Assembly (NCBI GenBank): GCA_018398765.1
Contig: JAHBMJ010000286.1
Span: 1 to 51,457 of the forward strand
Length of the DNA: 51,457 bases
Direction: 5' to 3'
Source: Chromera velia
Lineage: Eukaryota
Of the stretch, positions 12,175 through 23,503 are shown piece by piece (position 1 is the first letter of the stretch; the number at the start of each line of letters is the position of its first letter). The notes below the pieces were generated by a model. That model was not told the origin of the DNA, did not search any database, and saw only the letters and a program-made list of their open reading frames with translations. Position numbers and translations under genes: made by a program.

Positions 12175-14158
12175 ACAAAAGGAGGATGGCCAATCAAGCA
12201 ATAAGCTCAATATTTCCCCGCCCGCCTGCAGATCTAAACTCCCCTGGGCTGATGCTATGTCCCAACAATATCAACATAATAACAGACAATAGAAACAATA
12301 CGTTTGTGGAGATATACTCCCCCTGGCCCGTGTACACAGACGACATTGCATTGAAAGACCCACAGACAAAGAGTAGGGCAAGGCCTGCGCTGACTTATAA
12401 CTTTGGACCTCTGGACAAGTTTCCGTTTGGGGACGATGTTATCACTGCAGCTGTTTAGGACAGGTACGTTTGCCTCATAAGACTTTACTTTGCACTGTGC
12501 CTTTCGATATGTGTGTCATTTTTCAAGCATTTTTTGCGTTTTTCCTAAAGCCTCTTTTCTTTTTTTAAAACCAAAAATTTCCGCTGTAGATTTAGAAAGA
12601 GTAGGCAGTCAACAGGAAACAGAAATCTCCTAATGAGGCCTCTCACCTCTAACCCCACCTCCTGCCTGTTTTGCTTCTGTTCTGTATTATCACGTGCAGG
12701 TACGGCAACGTCAGCTCTTGTGACTTCCATGTGGTCATTCGAGGTTGGTCGTGAGTGAATATCAACGTTACCGTTCGTGAGCGACGATTCAGGAAGCTTT
12801 CTTCACTGTCCCTCTCGTGACTATGTTCTGGTAATTTCACTGTCGGCACTCTGCACCTTTTTTCTAAGTATGCTTTCCTTCATATTCTCATTCTTTCATT
12901 CCACTTAGCTATCAACCTCTTCTCGATCCCTTCTTTTCCTCTCTCCGCCCTTGGACTCAATTTCATCGACGACCACCCTCTCTCCCCCCTTCTCCCTTCC
13001 TTTCTATGTAGACACGAAGGCCTCAGCCATTGGGCGCGTGAGAGTCAACGATAGTGACCCATTCGTGACCTATGCAGAAGAACCCTCGGTGTTCAACAAC
13101 GTAGACAAACTCTCAGACTTGAAGATAGGGTACTCGATCCTCTCAGTAACCCAATTGAGAGTGGGCACGTACATCGTAGAGATCTCTGCAACTTCATGTA
13201 AAAAGAGAGATACGGGGGCCCGGGTTAGATTCATTGAACTTCGGTCGGGGACTGTAATGGTGGTCGCTCAGTAGGTCGTTCACCTGTTACCCTGGGGGGT
13301 GAAAAGAGTGAGGGTTTCTTTGGGATGTCTGAGAGACCTGGATAGGCCTTTAGGGGTGGGGGAGGGGGTAGGGAGACCAGAGGGCCTATATATATAGCAA
13401 CATAACAACCTTCTTCTTCCTCCTTTCCCTCTGTCGGTTTTCTGCTCCCTCAGAATACCCAGAAATTAAGAGAGGCAGAGGGATTGCTTTTTCCCAAAAA
13501 TTCGCCTTCCAAAGTGACCGAAGAAGCAAAAGCCTGGGAGGGGCGACTAGAAGATTATGAAAACTTACCAGAAGAGAACAACGAGGAGACGTTCAGATTG
13601 ATGAATAAAAACCCCGAGTTGTTAGAGAGGGAGAAAGAAAAATGAAGAGTATCCGACGCTCTGCTGCAGAACTACAAAGGGTTGGTTAAGCTAGGAGCTG
13701 CCGACATGACTGAATTCCTGTCGGTAGAAGAAACAACACCCAACACTGATGATGAGATGAAACTAGGTCATCTGTTTGTAGCCCTGCAGGCCCCCTATGT
13801 CCACACAGAGAGTCTTGCCCCATCGGAATATCAGAGAAGCAGAAGCCTCCACGCATCCTCATCCAAAGGAAGAAAGATCAATCCTGCCCCCTAAAGCAGA
13901 CTCAGCAGGACAGAAAACAGCTTCTTGCAACCAATCACCTAAAATGAAGTGCTGCAATCCCCATTCTCAGGCAGAGTAGTGCTCAGGGAGGCCAGACAGA
14001 ACGGTATGCATATGCGATCTGTCTCTATTGTGCTCCCCCCTCAGGCAACAGATACAGCCCCCTCAGGAAGAAACAGGACAGAGAAGAGAAGGGGTGTTCC
14101 CGTCTCCTTTAGAATGTCTAGAGGGGCCTCTGAAATCTGAACAGACACTACAGAGAGC

Positions 14159-14434
14159 CAATTGGGTGTAGACCGTGTGGGCATAGGTATACGGGCCCTC
14201 AAGGCACTCATCCGCAGTCTGTATGCAAGCATAGGGCCCCAGTCTGTCAGTGAGCAATTGGGTATAAACCGTGTGGGCATAGGTATGTGGGCCCTCAAGG
14301 CACTCACCTGCAGTCTGTATGCAAGCATAGGGCCCCAGTCTGAGCAATTGGGTGTAAACCGTGTGGGCATAGGTGTACGGGCCCTCAAGGCACTTACCCA
14401 CAGTCTGTATGCAAGTATAGGGCCCCAATCCGAG
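14159..14434 (+). repeat. Three in-frame tandem repeats (96, 90, 90 bp) encoding QLGVxRVGIGxxALKALxxSLYASIGPQSE
   Basis: Units start CAATTGGGT at 14159, 14255 and 14345. Confidence 0.9.
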
Positions 14435-14692
14435 ACAGTAGAAGAGTCAGGCCCTCTCGGACAGAATTTGAGGAAATTGGTGGAATTGGGGGCTGTCGAC
14501 CTGTTCGGACCAAACGATCTAGACGAGACTGCAAATTTGCCTTTGGGGACCGATGTGCTTACAGATGGAAGGGGAAGGGCAAAAAACGGTGTGGTCCCTC
14601 TCTTTGTCGCCCTACGACTTATGGCCTGCCTCATCGTCTTTCTTTTGACGTTGTGGGGTTGCCTCTCTACCCCTGCATGCAAGACACAGGGA

Positions 14693-14900
14693 ATGCAAAT
14701 CTTCGTCAAGACTTTGAGCGGAAAGACAGTCATAATTCATGATATGCATCCTTCTAACATCACAAAATAATGAAGCAAAAGATTTGGGAAAAGACAGGAA
14801 TTCTCCCCTACCAACATCGCCTCAACTTTGCTGGAAAGCAGCTTGAGGACGGTTTGACCCTCTCTCACTATAATATCTAAAGGGAGTCCACCCTGCGGCC
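14693..14900 (+). pseudogene. Divergent ubiquitin-like domain at the end of a decayed ORF
   Basis: Reads MQIFVKTLSGKTVII..., a frameshift near 14768, then [41 protein letters not shown]. This is colinear with ubiquitin; TAA replaces the Gln of YNIQKESTL and there is no C-terminal LRGG. Confidence 0.88.
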
Positions 14901-16773
14901 CATCCACTCAGGAATTTTTGGTACCAGAACTTTAAGACCCCTGCCAAATTTTCCCTTTTTTGCCCTCCCCTTGCCAAACTTTCCCACAAAGGCTTAAATA
15001 AGGCAAAAAATACTGCTGAAATCAAAACATCTGACCCATCAAAGGCTGATTTTCTGTAGTCTTCAATAGTAAATATTCCCAAGCTGAAGACCCCTTACCA
15101 ATTTTTCCAGAGTGGATGGGCCGTGGTCCACCCTTTCTTAACTCTTCTGGCTTCTAGGAGGGGTTCGGTCAGTCTAGAGCGCATCCCCCTTTGTTCACTT
15201 CGCTACTCATCCTTTGGAAATCGGATCGTTTCAATGCATTCTTTGCATATTTCTTGTAAATGTCGTCGGTACTTTTTTCAGTACCGCTTAATTCCTCTTT
15301 AGGTTTTGGCATCCGCGTTCTCTTTGCCTTTTCCTTTTCTTGACGAAACGTTCGCTTTTCACCAAGTAAAGCATTTGTCTACTTTTGAAATTCCGTATTC
15401 CATTCCCACAGTCTGAAAACTCTCGAGTGACGATGAAATTTGTTTGGCCAACTAGATTATCATACAGGATTGAGACCAACTGCATTGTTTAATCAGACAT
15501 TCTTGATTCATTGGCGGCCTTTGTGTTTAATTCTACTCGAGACAGACGTATTCAGATGGAGGGACAAACATCGTTTAAGTTTGATGAATTGTATTGCTGT
15601 ATTTGTTTCCGTTGTTGTTGACTTTTCCATGCAGGCAGTCTTCTTTTGGCTTTTGGCTTGCCATCCTCTGTGCCTGGTGTTTTTGTGTCTTCTCAACATC
15701 CCGCGTCTTCTTCTACCATGTACTCTTTGAGACAGAGAGTTAAAAAGCGTGAGCGTACACCTTCAATTTCAAAATTTTCTTAGTGCCTTTCTTTGCCCCC
15801 CTATCATGACTGACCGAGGTGTTTTTCAATTTGGATCTTCGTATGTCTACGCACTTCTGAGTTTTTGTGGATGTTTCTTTCTTATCCTCTTTTCTCCCGC
15901 ATCCTCAATGACATGTTTCCACAAAAGTTCAGCTTACTTTCATCCCTCTAGTCGTCCTGCTCTTTGCCCTCTTTAAAATTGTTGTATGCTTCAATCCAGT
16001 GCTGTTCTTTATGCTTTTCTCAACCAAGCCTTATGCATACTTTTATTTCCACATCCTATATGCAGCAGCAGCCCAGTTTGCAGTACTAGCTGCAGCAGCA
16101 ACAGGCGCCAAGATGAGTGGAAATGAGCGACAGACGAGCAAGCGTCAGCTGCGAAACGCCTTACATTTAACTCCTACCCTGAGGGACTTTCTTACACACC
16201 GACTGTTTACCTTTGTTTTATGAATGGACTTTTTACTTTTTTTTTCTAAAAAAAAATCCACACGGGATCTCGCGTCTACTTCTTCTTGATGTCTGACAAC
16301 CGGCCCCTTCAAAATCTCACTGCTTGACTGACGGACGACCATTCCATCCATGGAAAAGACTTCCGCTTGCCAGTGCCATCCAATCTGCGCCATTTTCAAC
16401 CCCACTAGAGTTCCGGGTTCTTGCGGGAACAGCAAAAGGTCGGTTGCTGCACAGTACTGACAGCAGGTCACTCGGCAAAAGTTACGGATTACGCCCTCGG
16501 ATTTCCAGCCTACAGTTAATTTTTGTCTTGATGAGAGCCACGTATAGGAGGGTAGGATGCATATAGGGAGGGGGGTATGCATATACATTTATTGAGGGAA
16601 GGGATGCATATAAAAGGGGGGGCAGGGTAGTTGGCTCTGGCCTGCAAACTTCAAAATTTTGTTTCTCCTTTTTTAGCGAGAAAAGAGGCCCTTACACGCC
16701 TTGCTTGAATTCTGTCTGTTTGACATTTCTTTTTGCATGAGCAGCACTGAACTCTTGTTGCCCCCCGTGTTTG

Positions 16774-16790
16774 TCTCTCTCTGTCTGTCT

Positions 16791-16843
<53 letters not shown>

Positions 16844-16890
16844 TCTCTCTCTCTCTCCTTCTCTCTCTCTCTCTCTCTATCTATCTATTT
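16774..16890. repeat. (CT)n microsatellite
   Basis: Visible directly in the sequence. Confidence 0.95.
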
Positions 16891-18580
16891 TCTCTGGAGA
16901 AGAGTCTGCAGATCTTGGAGGCTTTTATAGAGGGGACCGGATGTGCAGATAATTTCTTTTTTTTTTAATTGTTTTTTGTTTGATTTGTTTCTTAGTATAA
17001 TTTGTTCACCTCCCACCCATACACGTATATCTCCGTCCCTTACATCCCCCAGGGCTTTTTATTCTCATTTTCTGGCCTCACATTTTCTTTTCTGTCTGAA
17101 TCTCAAATCCACGTGCAGCGACTTCAACTTCACCAGTGTTGCAGCGGCTAAACCTCTCTCATTTTTGCAGGTTCCGACGATGGCACTGCCCCAAAACTGT
17201 CGGAATGCGTCCATCCATAGGTCTTTTTCTCCCCTAAAATGCAGCATTTAGTAGGTTTTTTTTCATAAGCCTGTCCCAGCCCGTTTTTGAATTTTTATCG
17301 TAACGATGACCGATTGTATAGGAGTATTGAACTCAGCCGACCAAGAAATTTTTAATGCGAACACTGAGGATGCAGCGCAAGCTCCAGTACAAGTGAAAAG
17401 GAATAGTTGAGAAGAGGACACATAAGATGCATAAAGAAAGGAAAAAAAGAATTAATCGAATGATAAGAAGCCTTGCCAAGCAATTTGAAAGTTTCAAACA
17501 CTGTCACAGTGCACAATTTCAGTCGTTCACAAAGAGGTCTGCCGGCGTGTCATCAGCTCTCAGCCACCTATAATAGTCTTGACATGAGATATGCGTGGAC
17601 GTTCGCACCCATCCACCCACCCGTCTACCTGCTGTATGCGTCCTTGTCCCCTTATGCACCGCCCATCCCTCCACTCCTGAATCCCTCTGTCTTGTGATGG
17701 TCTCTTTCTGTGTTTGGAAACTTACATAAACAGTGGTGGTACCTTTTTGCTTTCTAAATTTATGCAGGTATGCAGGGAGCCAAACGACAGTTTCCGCCAT
17801 CTCCGCTGCGGCCCCCCCCCGGCCTTCGAGGTCTCTTTGTGACACAGCACCCCCCCCCCAAAGTGCTGCGGGTTGAACCCTTCCCTCAGTTAATCTTGTG
17901 CCTGCACGGTTATTGCCTGGGATGCTGTCCTGATGCATTGTGTCCGCATGGCCACTACAAAATAGGTGCGTGGAATGATAATTGTTGTCTGAGAAGTGTA
18001 AGTGTGTGGCGGGGAGGGGAGGAGAGGGGGAGTGACTGAGTGAATGAAGAAGTGTAGGTGTCGATGTGCCCGTGCTTATAAAGAGCAGAGATGGAAGTAT
18101 AAAAAGAAATGTGAATATTCACGTTTGGAAAGTATGATAATGAATTTGATCAACAAATGGGTGGGTAAGTCAATGGCTCGGTGATCTAGCTCGGTGATGG
18201 AGTAGTTAAGTAAATAATAATAAAGAAATGAATGTCATTGAATACATGACTGATCGAAGGAAAAAAGAGGGGAACGAAGAAGTGAATAAAGAAACTTTAA
18301 GCTAGACAGAGAAATACACATGTAAAAAGACGCAGAAGAAGAAAAAGAGGAAAAGCAGGTATGAGAAGGAAAGAAGAAAGGAAAGAAGGAAGGAAGGAAG
18401 GAAGGAAGGAAGGAAGAAAGGAAGAAAAGAAGAAAGGAAGAAAGGAAGAAAGGAAGAAAAGACGGTGCAGAAAATTTTTTAAGTTCTCTACATGCTGTCC
18501 TCTTAACTTTCAAATTCATCCTTTAATTCACTTGTAACCCCTTTTTCCCACTCTCTTCTTTTTCTGCAGCTAAACCTTTG

Positions 18581-19567
18581 ATGCTCCTCTTGCCAGGCAC
18601 CTCTGCAAGTGCAAGAGCTCTCGTTCTCCCTTTGGGACCCCCGCCGTCATCCCCAGCTGGTCCAGGAAGTATGCTAAGATCAGTAACAGCAGCATCAGCA
18701 GTAGTAGCAGCAGTACGGGTAAGGCCTCCAGGAGTTCCCCTTTTCAATCGTTTTATGTCTGGTCTGCCACCACCCCCACCACCGGGACCCCCTCCAGCTG
18801 CCGTCCCACCTGTGGCACCCCCAGTAGCAGCAGGATCAGCAGGAGGACGTGTACGAGCCCGCCATTGTTCTTTCCGTCTGCCCAAGCCAATTCGTCTTAC
18901 CAATCTGAGAGAACAGCACCGGCAAATTGCCAGGGACTGCAGACGACACGGGGAGGCCTTCATTATAGAGGGGCCCACAGACCTCCATGCGTTCAGCCTC
19001 CTGGACTTTGTTCTGGAAGAGCACGGGCATTTGTTAGGGATGAAGGGGTGGAGGGTGCTCAGGAAGGTGATGAAGGCAACAGGTAAAGAAAACGTGCAAA
19101 AAATGAAGAGGGTGTTCGACAAGGAGGGCGTCGAATACCATGCTCTGATAGACTCGGATGCCAAGAAGCAGAAAGCAATGCTGGAAGACAGGGCGTTTCA
19201 GTGGGGGGAGGATGGAAAAGATTTGGAGCGCTCGCTAGGCAAGAAGAAGAAGGGAAAAGGAAAGAAAAAGAAGTCCTATTATGCCAAGCCGGCGGACCTC
19301 CTCGATGCTCTCTTCTCAGCCGACAGTCCCTGGCAGGACTTCCTGAGCTTCCTTCGCGAGAAGGGGGTGATCGACCCCGCACCTCCAGGGATGTCTAAAT
19401 GGGAGCCTATCGACCTCTCGGACTCCTCTTCTGAGGACGAGGACGGGGAGGATGACGAGGACATTGGGGGAGGTGAGTTTGAAGAGGAAAAGGGTGAGTC
19501 TAAAGAGGAAGAGAAGTCCAATCCTGACTGGGATAGGCCAGACAGGAGTGAGGAGGACGAACAGTAG
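18581..19567 (+). CDS. Stand-alone OLD-family-like TOPRIM domain protein (putative nuclease) with Pro-rich linker, Lys-rich patch and acidic tail
   Basis: Uninterrupted ORF with AFIIEGPTD (TOPRIM Glu), GKENVQKMKRVFDKEGVEYHALIDSD (DxD) and downstream DLE, in the order seen in OLD-type TOPRIM domains. The start is uncertain: ATG 18581 or 18671, or a terminal exon after the acceptor ending at 18569. Confidence 0.65.
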   Translation: MLLLPGTSASARALVLPLGPPPSSPAGPGSMLRSVTAASAVVAAVRVRPPGVPLFNRFMSGLPPPPPPGPPPAAVPPVAPPVAAGSAGGRVRARHCSFRLPKPIRLTNLREQHRQIARDCRRHGEAFIIEGPTDLHAFSLLDFVLEEHGHLLGMKGWRVLRKVMKATGKENVQKMKRVFDKEGVEYHALIDSDAKKQKAMLEDRAFQWGEDGKDLERSLGKKKKGKGKKKKSYYAKPADLLDALFSADSPWQDFLSFLREKGVIDPAPPGMSKWEPIDLSDSSSEDEDGEDDEDIGGGEFEEEKGESKEEEKSNPDWDRPDRSEEDEQ

Positions 19568-21157
19568 GTAGACGAAGTTCAACAGATAGGTGCATGTTCA
19601 GTGGTCTCTCTAATTAAGGGAACCAAAAAAGCAAATTGCGTGGGGTAGGACAAGGGTGTGACGGTTTGCATCTTGTCGGGTGGAGAGAGTGAAATTGTTC
19701 GGCAGTTTGCATGGATCTAGAGGGCCCCCCGACACCAAGTTGCCAGTGAGGGCGCGGTTGTCTGGCTGGGGTGGGTGGGACACAGTGTATATGGGGGGTT
19801 GAAGGTTCTTTTGGCTAGGGGTGTCTTTGTTTCACTGGGTAGGGTTGGGCATCTGCTGAGGCATAGAGGGATATCGGTTCTGAAGAGAGGGAAATTAATG
19901 ATTGTTGCTTTTTGTTCGTAAGCCTACGCTGCTCTGGGAGCCTCTGGCAGCTTAGCCTCACCCGAGGGCAAAGGGTGAGCAAGAAGCTCACAGCCGTTGT
20001 CTGCACATACCCCATCAGAGCAATATCAGAGGGGTTTGGAACAGAAAGAGCAAGATCTGGATGCACGACCAAATTCTGGGATCATAGGGGTGAGGTGACG
20101 ATCTGTTCTTTCTCCAGAAACAAATATAGATAAGACAAAGCTTCGAACAGAACATGACAGAAAGCAGGCAAAACAGAGGGTAGAGAGTCGGAGTGGAGAA
20201 GGTACGCAGAGAGCATCTAGCGCCCATAGATAGAGATTGATTCTGTTCAGAAAAACGTAGCCCCGGCCTCAAATGGGTATGGGGATCTGTTGCCGGGAGG
20301 ATTTTGAATCGGTAGTCGGGGGCATCATCGTCTTTCTCCGGCGGCACAGAGACGGGGGGCATATGGGGGGTGCATGGGGGATCATGGGGGGCGTTTACAT
20401 CAGTGAAGCTCCGCGTCCTCCATGGGGAAGGGGACAGTATCTTTCGGTATATAGGTAGGCAAAACCATTAATAGTTCTTTTTCCGTCTTCTCCCTCGCGC
20501 CTCTCAGAGTTCCCATTCTACCCCTGGAGTCCTCCGCTGGTGCCTCAGCAGAATGTCTGTAGGCAGCTCTCTCTGCAGGGCTTGCAACTTTTTGTAGTAG
20601 GGGCCTATCATCATACGGTGCCTTCCTCCCATGGAAGCAAACAAAGGGCAGACAGGTGGGGAGTCAGGGAGAGGGAGGCGGAGGGTGTGTTTCATACCCA
20701 TAGGGGGGTACGCTTCGTGGGTTCCTCCTTACAGAAAAAAAGGTAAAGAGAATTGCATTATCATCATCATAAACAGACTATCCACACTAGCTTTGTAAAA
20801 CGGAGTAGAAGTAGATGGGAGGACCCTTCAACCATCGAGAGGGATCTCCCATTGTTCGAACTTATCACAGATACCACTAGGCTAAGTAGTACCAATGTTG
20901 CAGCTGATGCTGCTGCTTCTTCGTCCGCGAAGGTGTGGGATTTGCATTATCGTAGCAGGCAGCTGTATCAGGACCAGGATCATCCGAACTCACACTCAGA
21001 CAGTCAGACTCAAGGTCAAATTCTTATTGCAGCAACAGGCCCAACCCTTCGGAGTCTTTTCTGCCCTGCCGATGGCTCTAGATTTGAACATCTTTGTACC
21101 ATTGGTTTTAGCGTTTCCTTCACCACCTTCTCTTCCGATATCTGTCAGGACATATAG

Positions 21158-22036
21158 GCAGAGGAGGAAGAGAAGGTTAGCACCGTTGTCAGTCAATAGA
21201 AGCCTTAGGATAGTGAAAAAGAGGCAGACGAAAAGAGAAAGGATGATGAGAAGGAAAGCGAAGAAGAGAGCAAAATCGGCAGTTGTCAAGAAAGAGAGAA
21301 AGAAGCCCGGTGTTTCATCGGAGGATGTAGGGGAGGTTGCTGGGGAGGATGTGTGTGGAAAGGGCAAGAAAGCGAAGACCCTCCCGCTTCCTTCAGTAGA
21401 ATGTATAGAGGATCTAGAAAAGAAAGATGAGTTATCCCATCCGCTTCTTCTGATTCCACTCAGAGCCTCCGCCTCTGCCTCTGCAACCTTTGCCGAGTCC
21501 TTGTTGTGTACAAAGACAGCTTCTGCTGCTTGCACAGGTGCTACTCCTTCTTCTCTGCTTCTGAAGGAGAAGACAGAAGGAGAGACAGGGGGAGAAAGGT
21601 TCCGATTCAGCTCAGAGCCTCCGCTTCCACCTTTGCAACCTCTGCTGAGTCCTTGCCGTGTACAAAGACAGCTTCTGCTGCTTATACAGGTGCTACTCCT
21701 TCTTCTCTGCTTCTGAAGGAGAAGACAGAAGGAGAGACAAGGGGAGAAAAGAAAACAAAAAGAGAAGCGGATAGGCAGGCAAAATCCGGTTCTGTTGGAG
21801 GCGCCGTATTCCAAAAACCCTCTGACTCTTCTTGCATTTCCGTTCTCATCAGTCCATTCTTTTGCACTCCAGAAAAACCAACAAACGCCAAAGAATCTAG
21901 TGAAGATGGCGAAAGGGACATAGGAAAGAGTGATCATACATCCGAGCAGCGGTATGTAAAGGCACCAAGAAGTGACGAGCTGATGGAGTATGCCCAAAGC
22001 ACCAATTCCAAGCAGACAAGGAGAGCAGAAAAGTAA
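21158..22036 (+). pseudogene. Frameshifted low-complexity K/E/S-rich ORF remnant
   Basis: ORFs 20895-21716 and 21506-22036 encode the same repeated peptide (LRASAS...CTKTASAA.TGATPSSLLLKEKTEGET) in different frames. Confidence 0.35.
21460..21751 (+). repeat. Two ~140-bp direct repeats
   Basis: CTCAGAGCCTCCGC...GGGGAGAAA at ~21460-21599 and 21611-21751. Confidence 0.88.
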
Positions 22037-23503
22037 AGCACTCTGATCACTCCGTTGACTGATCTGAATGCAACACGAAAGGGGACGTCAAGGAGATCAG
22101 ATCATCTCCGCTCGACGTGCTGTAGCGTTGAATAGGTGGCTCACTTTCTGATTGAGGGGCCTGCAGGCCGACCATATAAGAAAAGAACGAGGGGGACGGA
22201 ACCCCTATGCGAGCAGCCATGCGAGGGCATTGCAGAGAAAAGCTAGTTGATGTAGCTCTGCATGCACTTTTGTGGTTGGGGCTCTCGACCTTCTACGTTC
22301 CTTAGCGGCTGTCAGCAGTCCCGGGGAGGAGATTTGAGAGAAAGGAGCGCCAAGGATGACGCTAGCAAAGAAACAGTGTATCTTAAGGTTGTACCGTGAA
22401 AGCGCATTATAGAGTGGGAAAGCCGCCAAGTGGATTCTTTCCATCATCGCCCTCTGGTAACACAATGGGGTCTGCACTCTGCGGGGTCTTGAAATTATGC
22501 TGTCTGAGCGCTCCTCCACGTCCCGTCTCAATTAATGAAAAGGAGCTCATTAGGGCGAGCAACGCAAGCGAGCGACTACTTATGTTATATGGGTATACCA
22601 GTGATAGAGAGCGAGCGGCAAGCGTCTTTCTACAAGTAGAATGGACGGTACGTAGAATGGGGACTGAAGTGCCACTGCGGCAAGTTTTGGGTCGTTTACA
22701 TTTAGCCCAGGCCTAGCATTTTGCGTTCGTACTTGTTTTGGTCTCCATATGATGCCGGTAAACGTTTACAGGCTAAATTACAGCAAAATATTTTAATGCT
22801 AACAACTTTTAGAATTACTTAAACTAAAACATTCTAGAAAATATTTCTAAAACTTATTAAAACCAGTTTAAAAATTAAACTTCAAAAAAGATTTTAGGAT
22901 ACTATTGAAACTCTCGTTAAAACGTATAAAAAATATAAAGATGTGAAAATTACTTACGAAGTGTATAGTCATTTATATACGCCGCCTAGGAGCTTAACGC
23001 TCCAACTGGGGTTAGGCATCCTCTAATAAACTAACTAACTAACTATTATTATCATCATTAATACTCTTATTAGATGATCTCTAAGCCATAATGCCATGCA
23101 TGAATCGATTTAGGACTAGGTCTAGCTAGAGGCCTAGAGTAATTATTATAATGCTTTACTAATTCCTCTATTTGAAAGGCTATTTCCAGACCATCTCTCT
23201 ACGCAACTCAGACGTTCAATATGGAAAACAAAGTTGGACATGGCAATTATTTTTTTTTCTATTTTTAAATTTCAAGTCACTTTAAACTCACTTAGTGTAC
23301 AACTGCAAATGCAGCTGCTCACTAGGCTGCTCACTGACTCTTAATGAAATCATTTTTTCAGTCAAACATAACTGATGACTAAATCATCAGTCTGAATGTA
23401 TATACAATTTTTATGATTCAATGTTCAGATTCATGCAGCGCAATGCTTATTCTACGCTCATGCACGACATTCAAAAAAGGTTATGATTCTGTCAGCCATC
23501 CAG

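Larger units (their letters stand above)
8557..13196 (+). pseudogene. Spliced, decayed extracellular-protein gene with Thr-rich beta-type segments, a Sushi/CCP-like domain and HYR domain(s)
   Basis: Candidate GT-AG exons: ~8557-8960, 10063-10279, ~11118-11273 (CRMP...SVSLSCPTGLIPEGTSTVQC, Sushi-like), 12232-12463 + 12700-12745 (DLNSPGLMLCPNNINIITD...FPFGDDVITAAV*DRYGNVSSCDFHVVIR, HYR-like) and 13012-~13196 (DTKA...). In-frame TAG at 12456-12458. Confidence 0.65.

Noticed and set aside
19815..20072. Possible tyrosine recombinase box I (FLLTLCPR/GE) on the minus strand
   Set aside because: It needs a frameshift, and no H-x-x-R or catalytic Tyr motif could be found.
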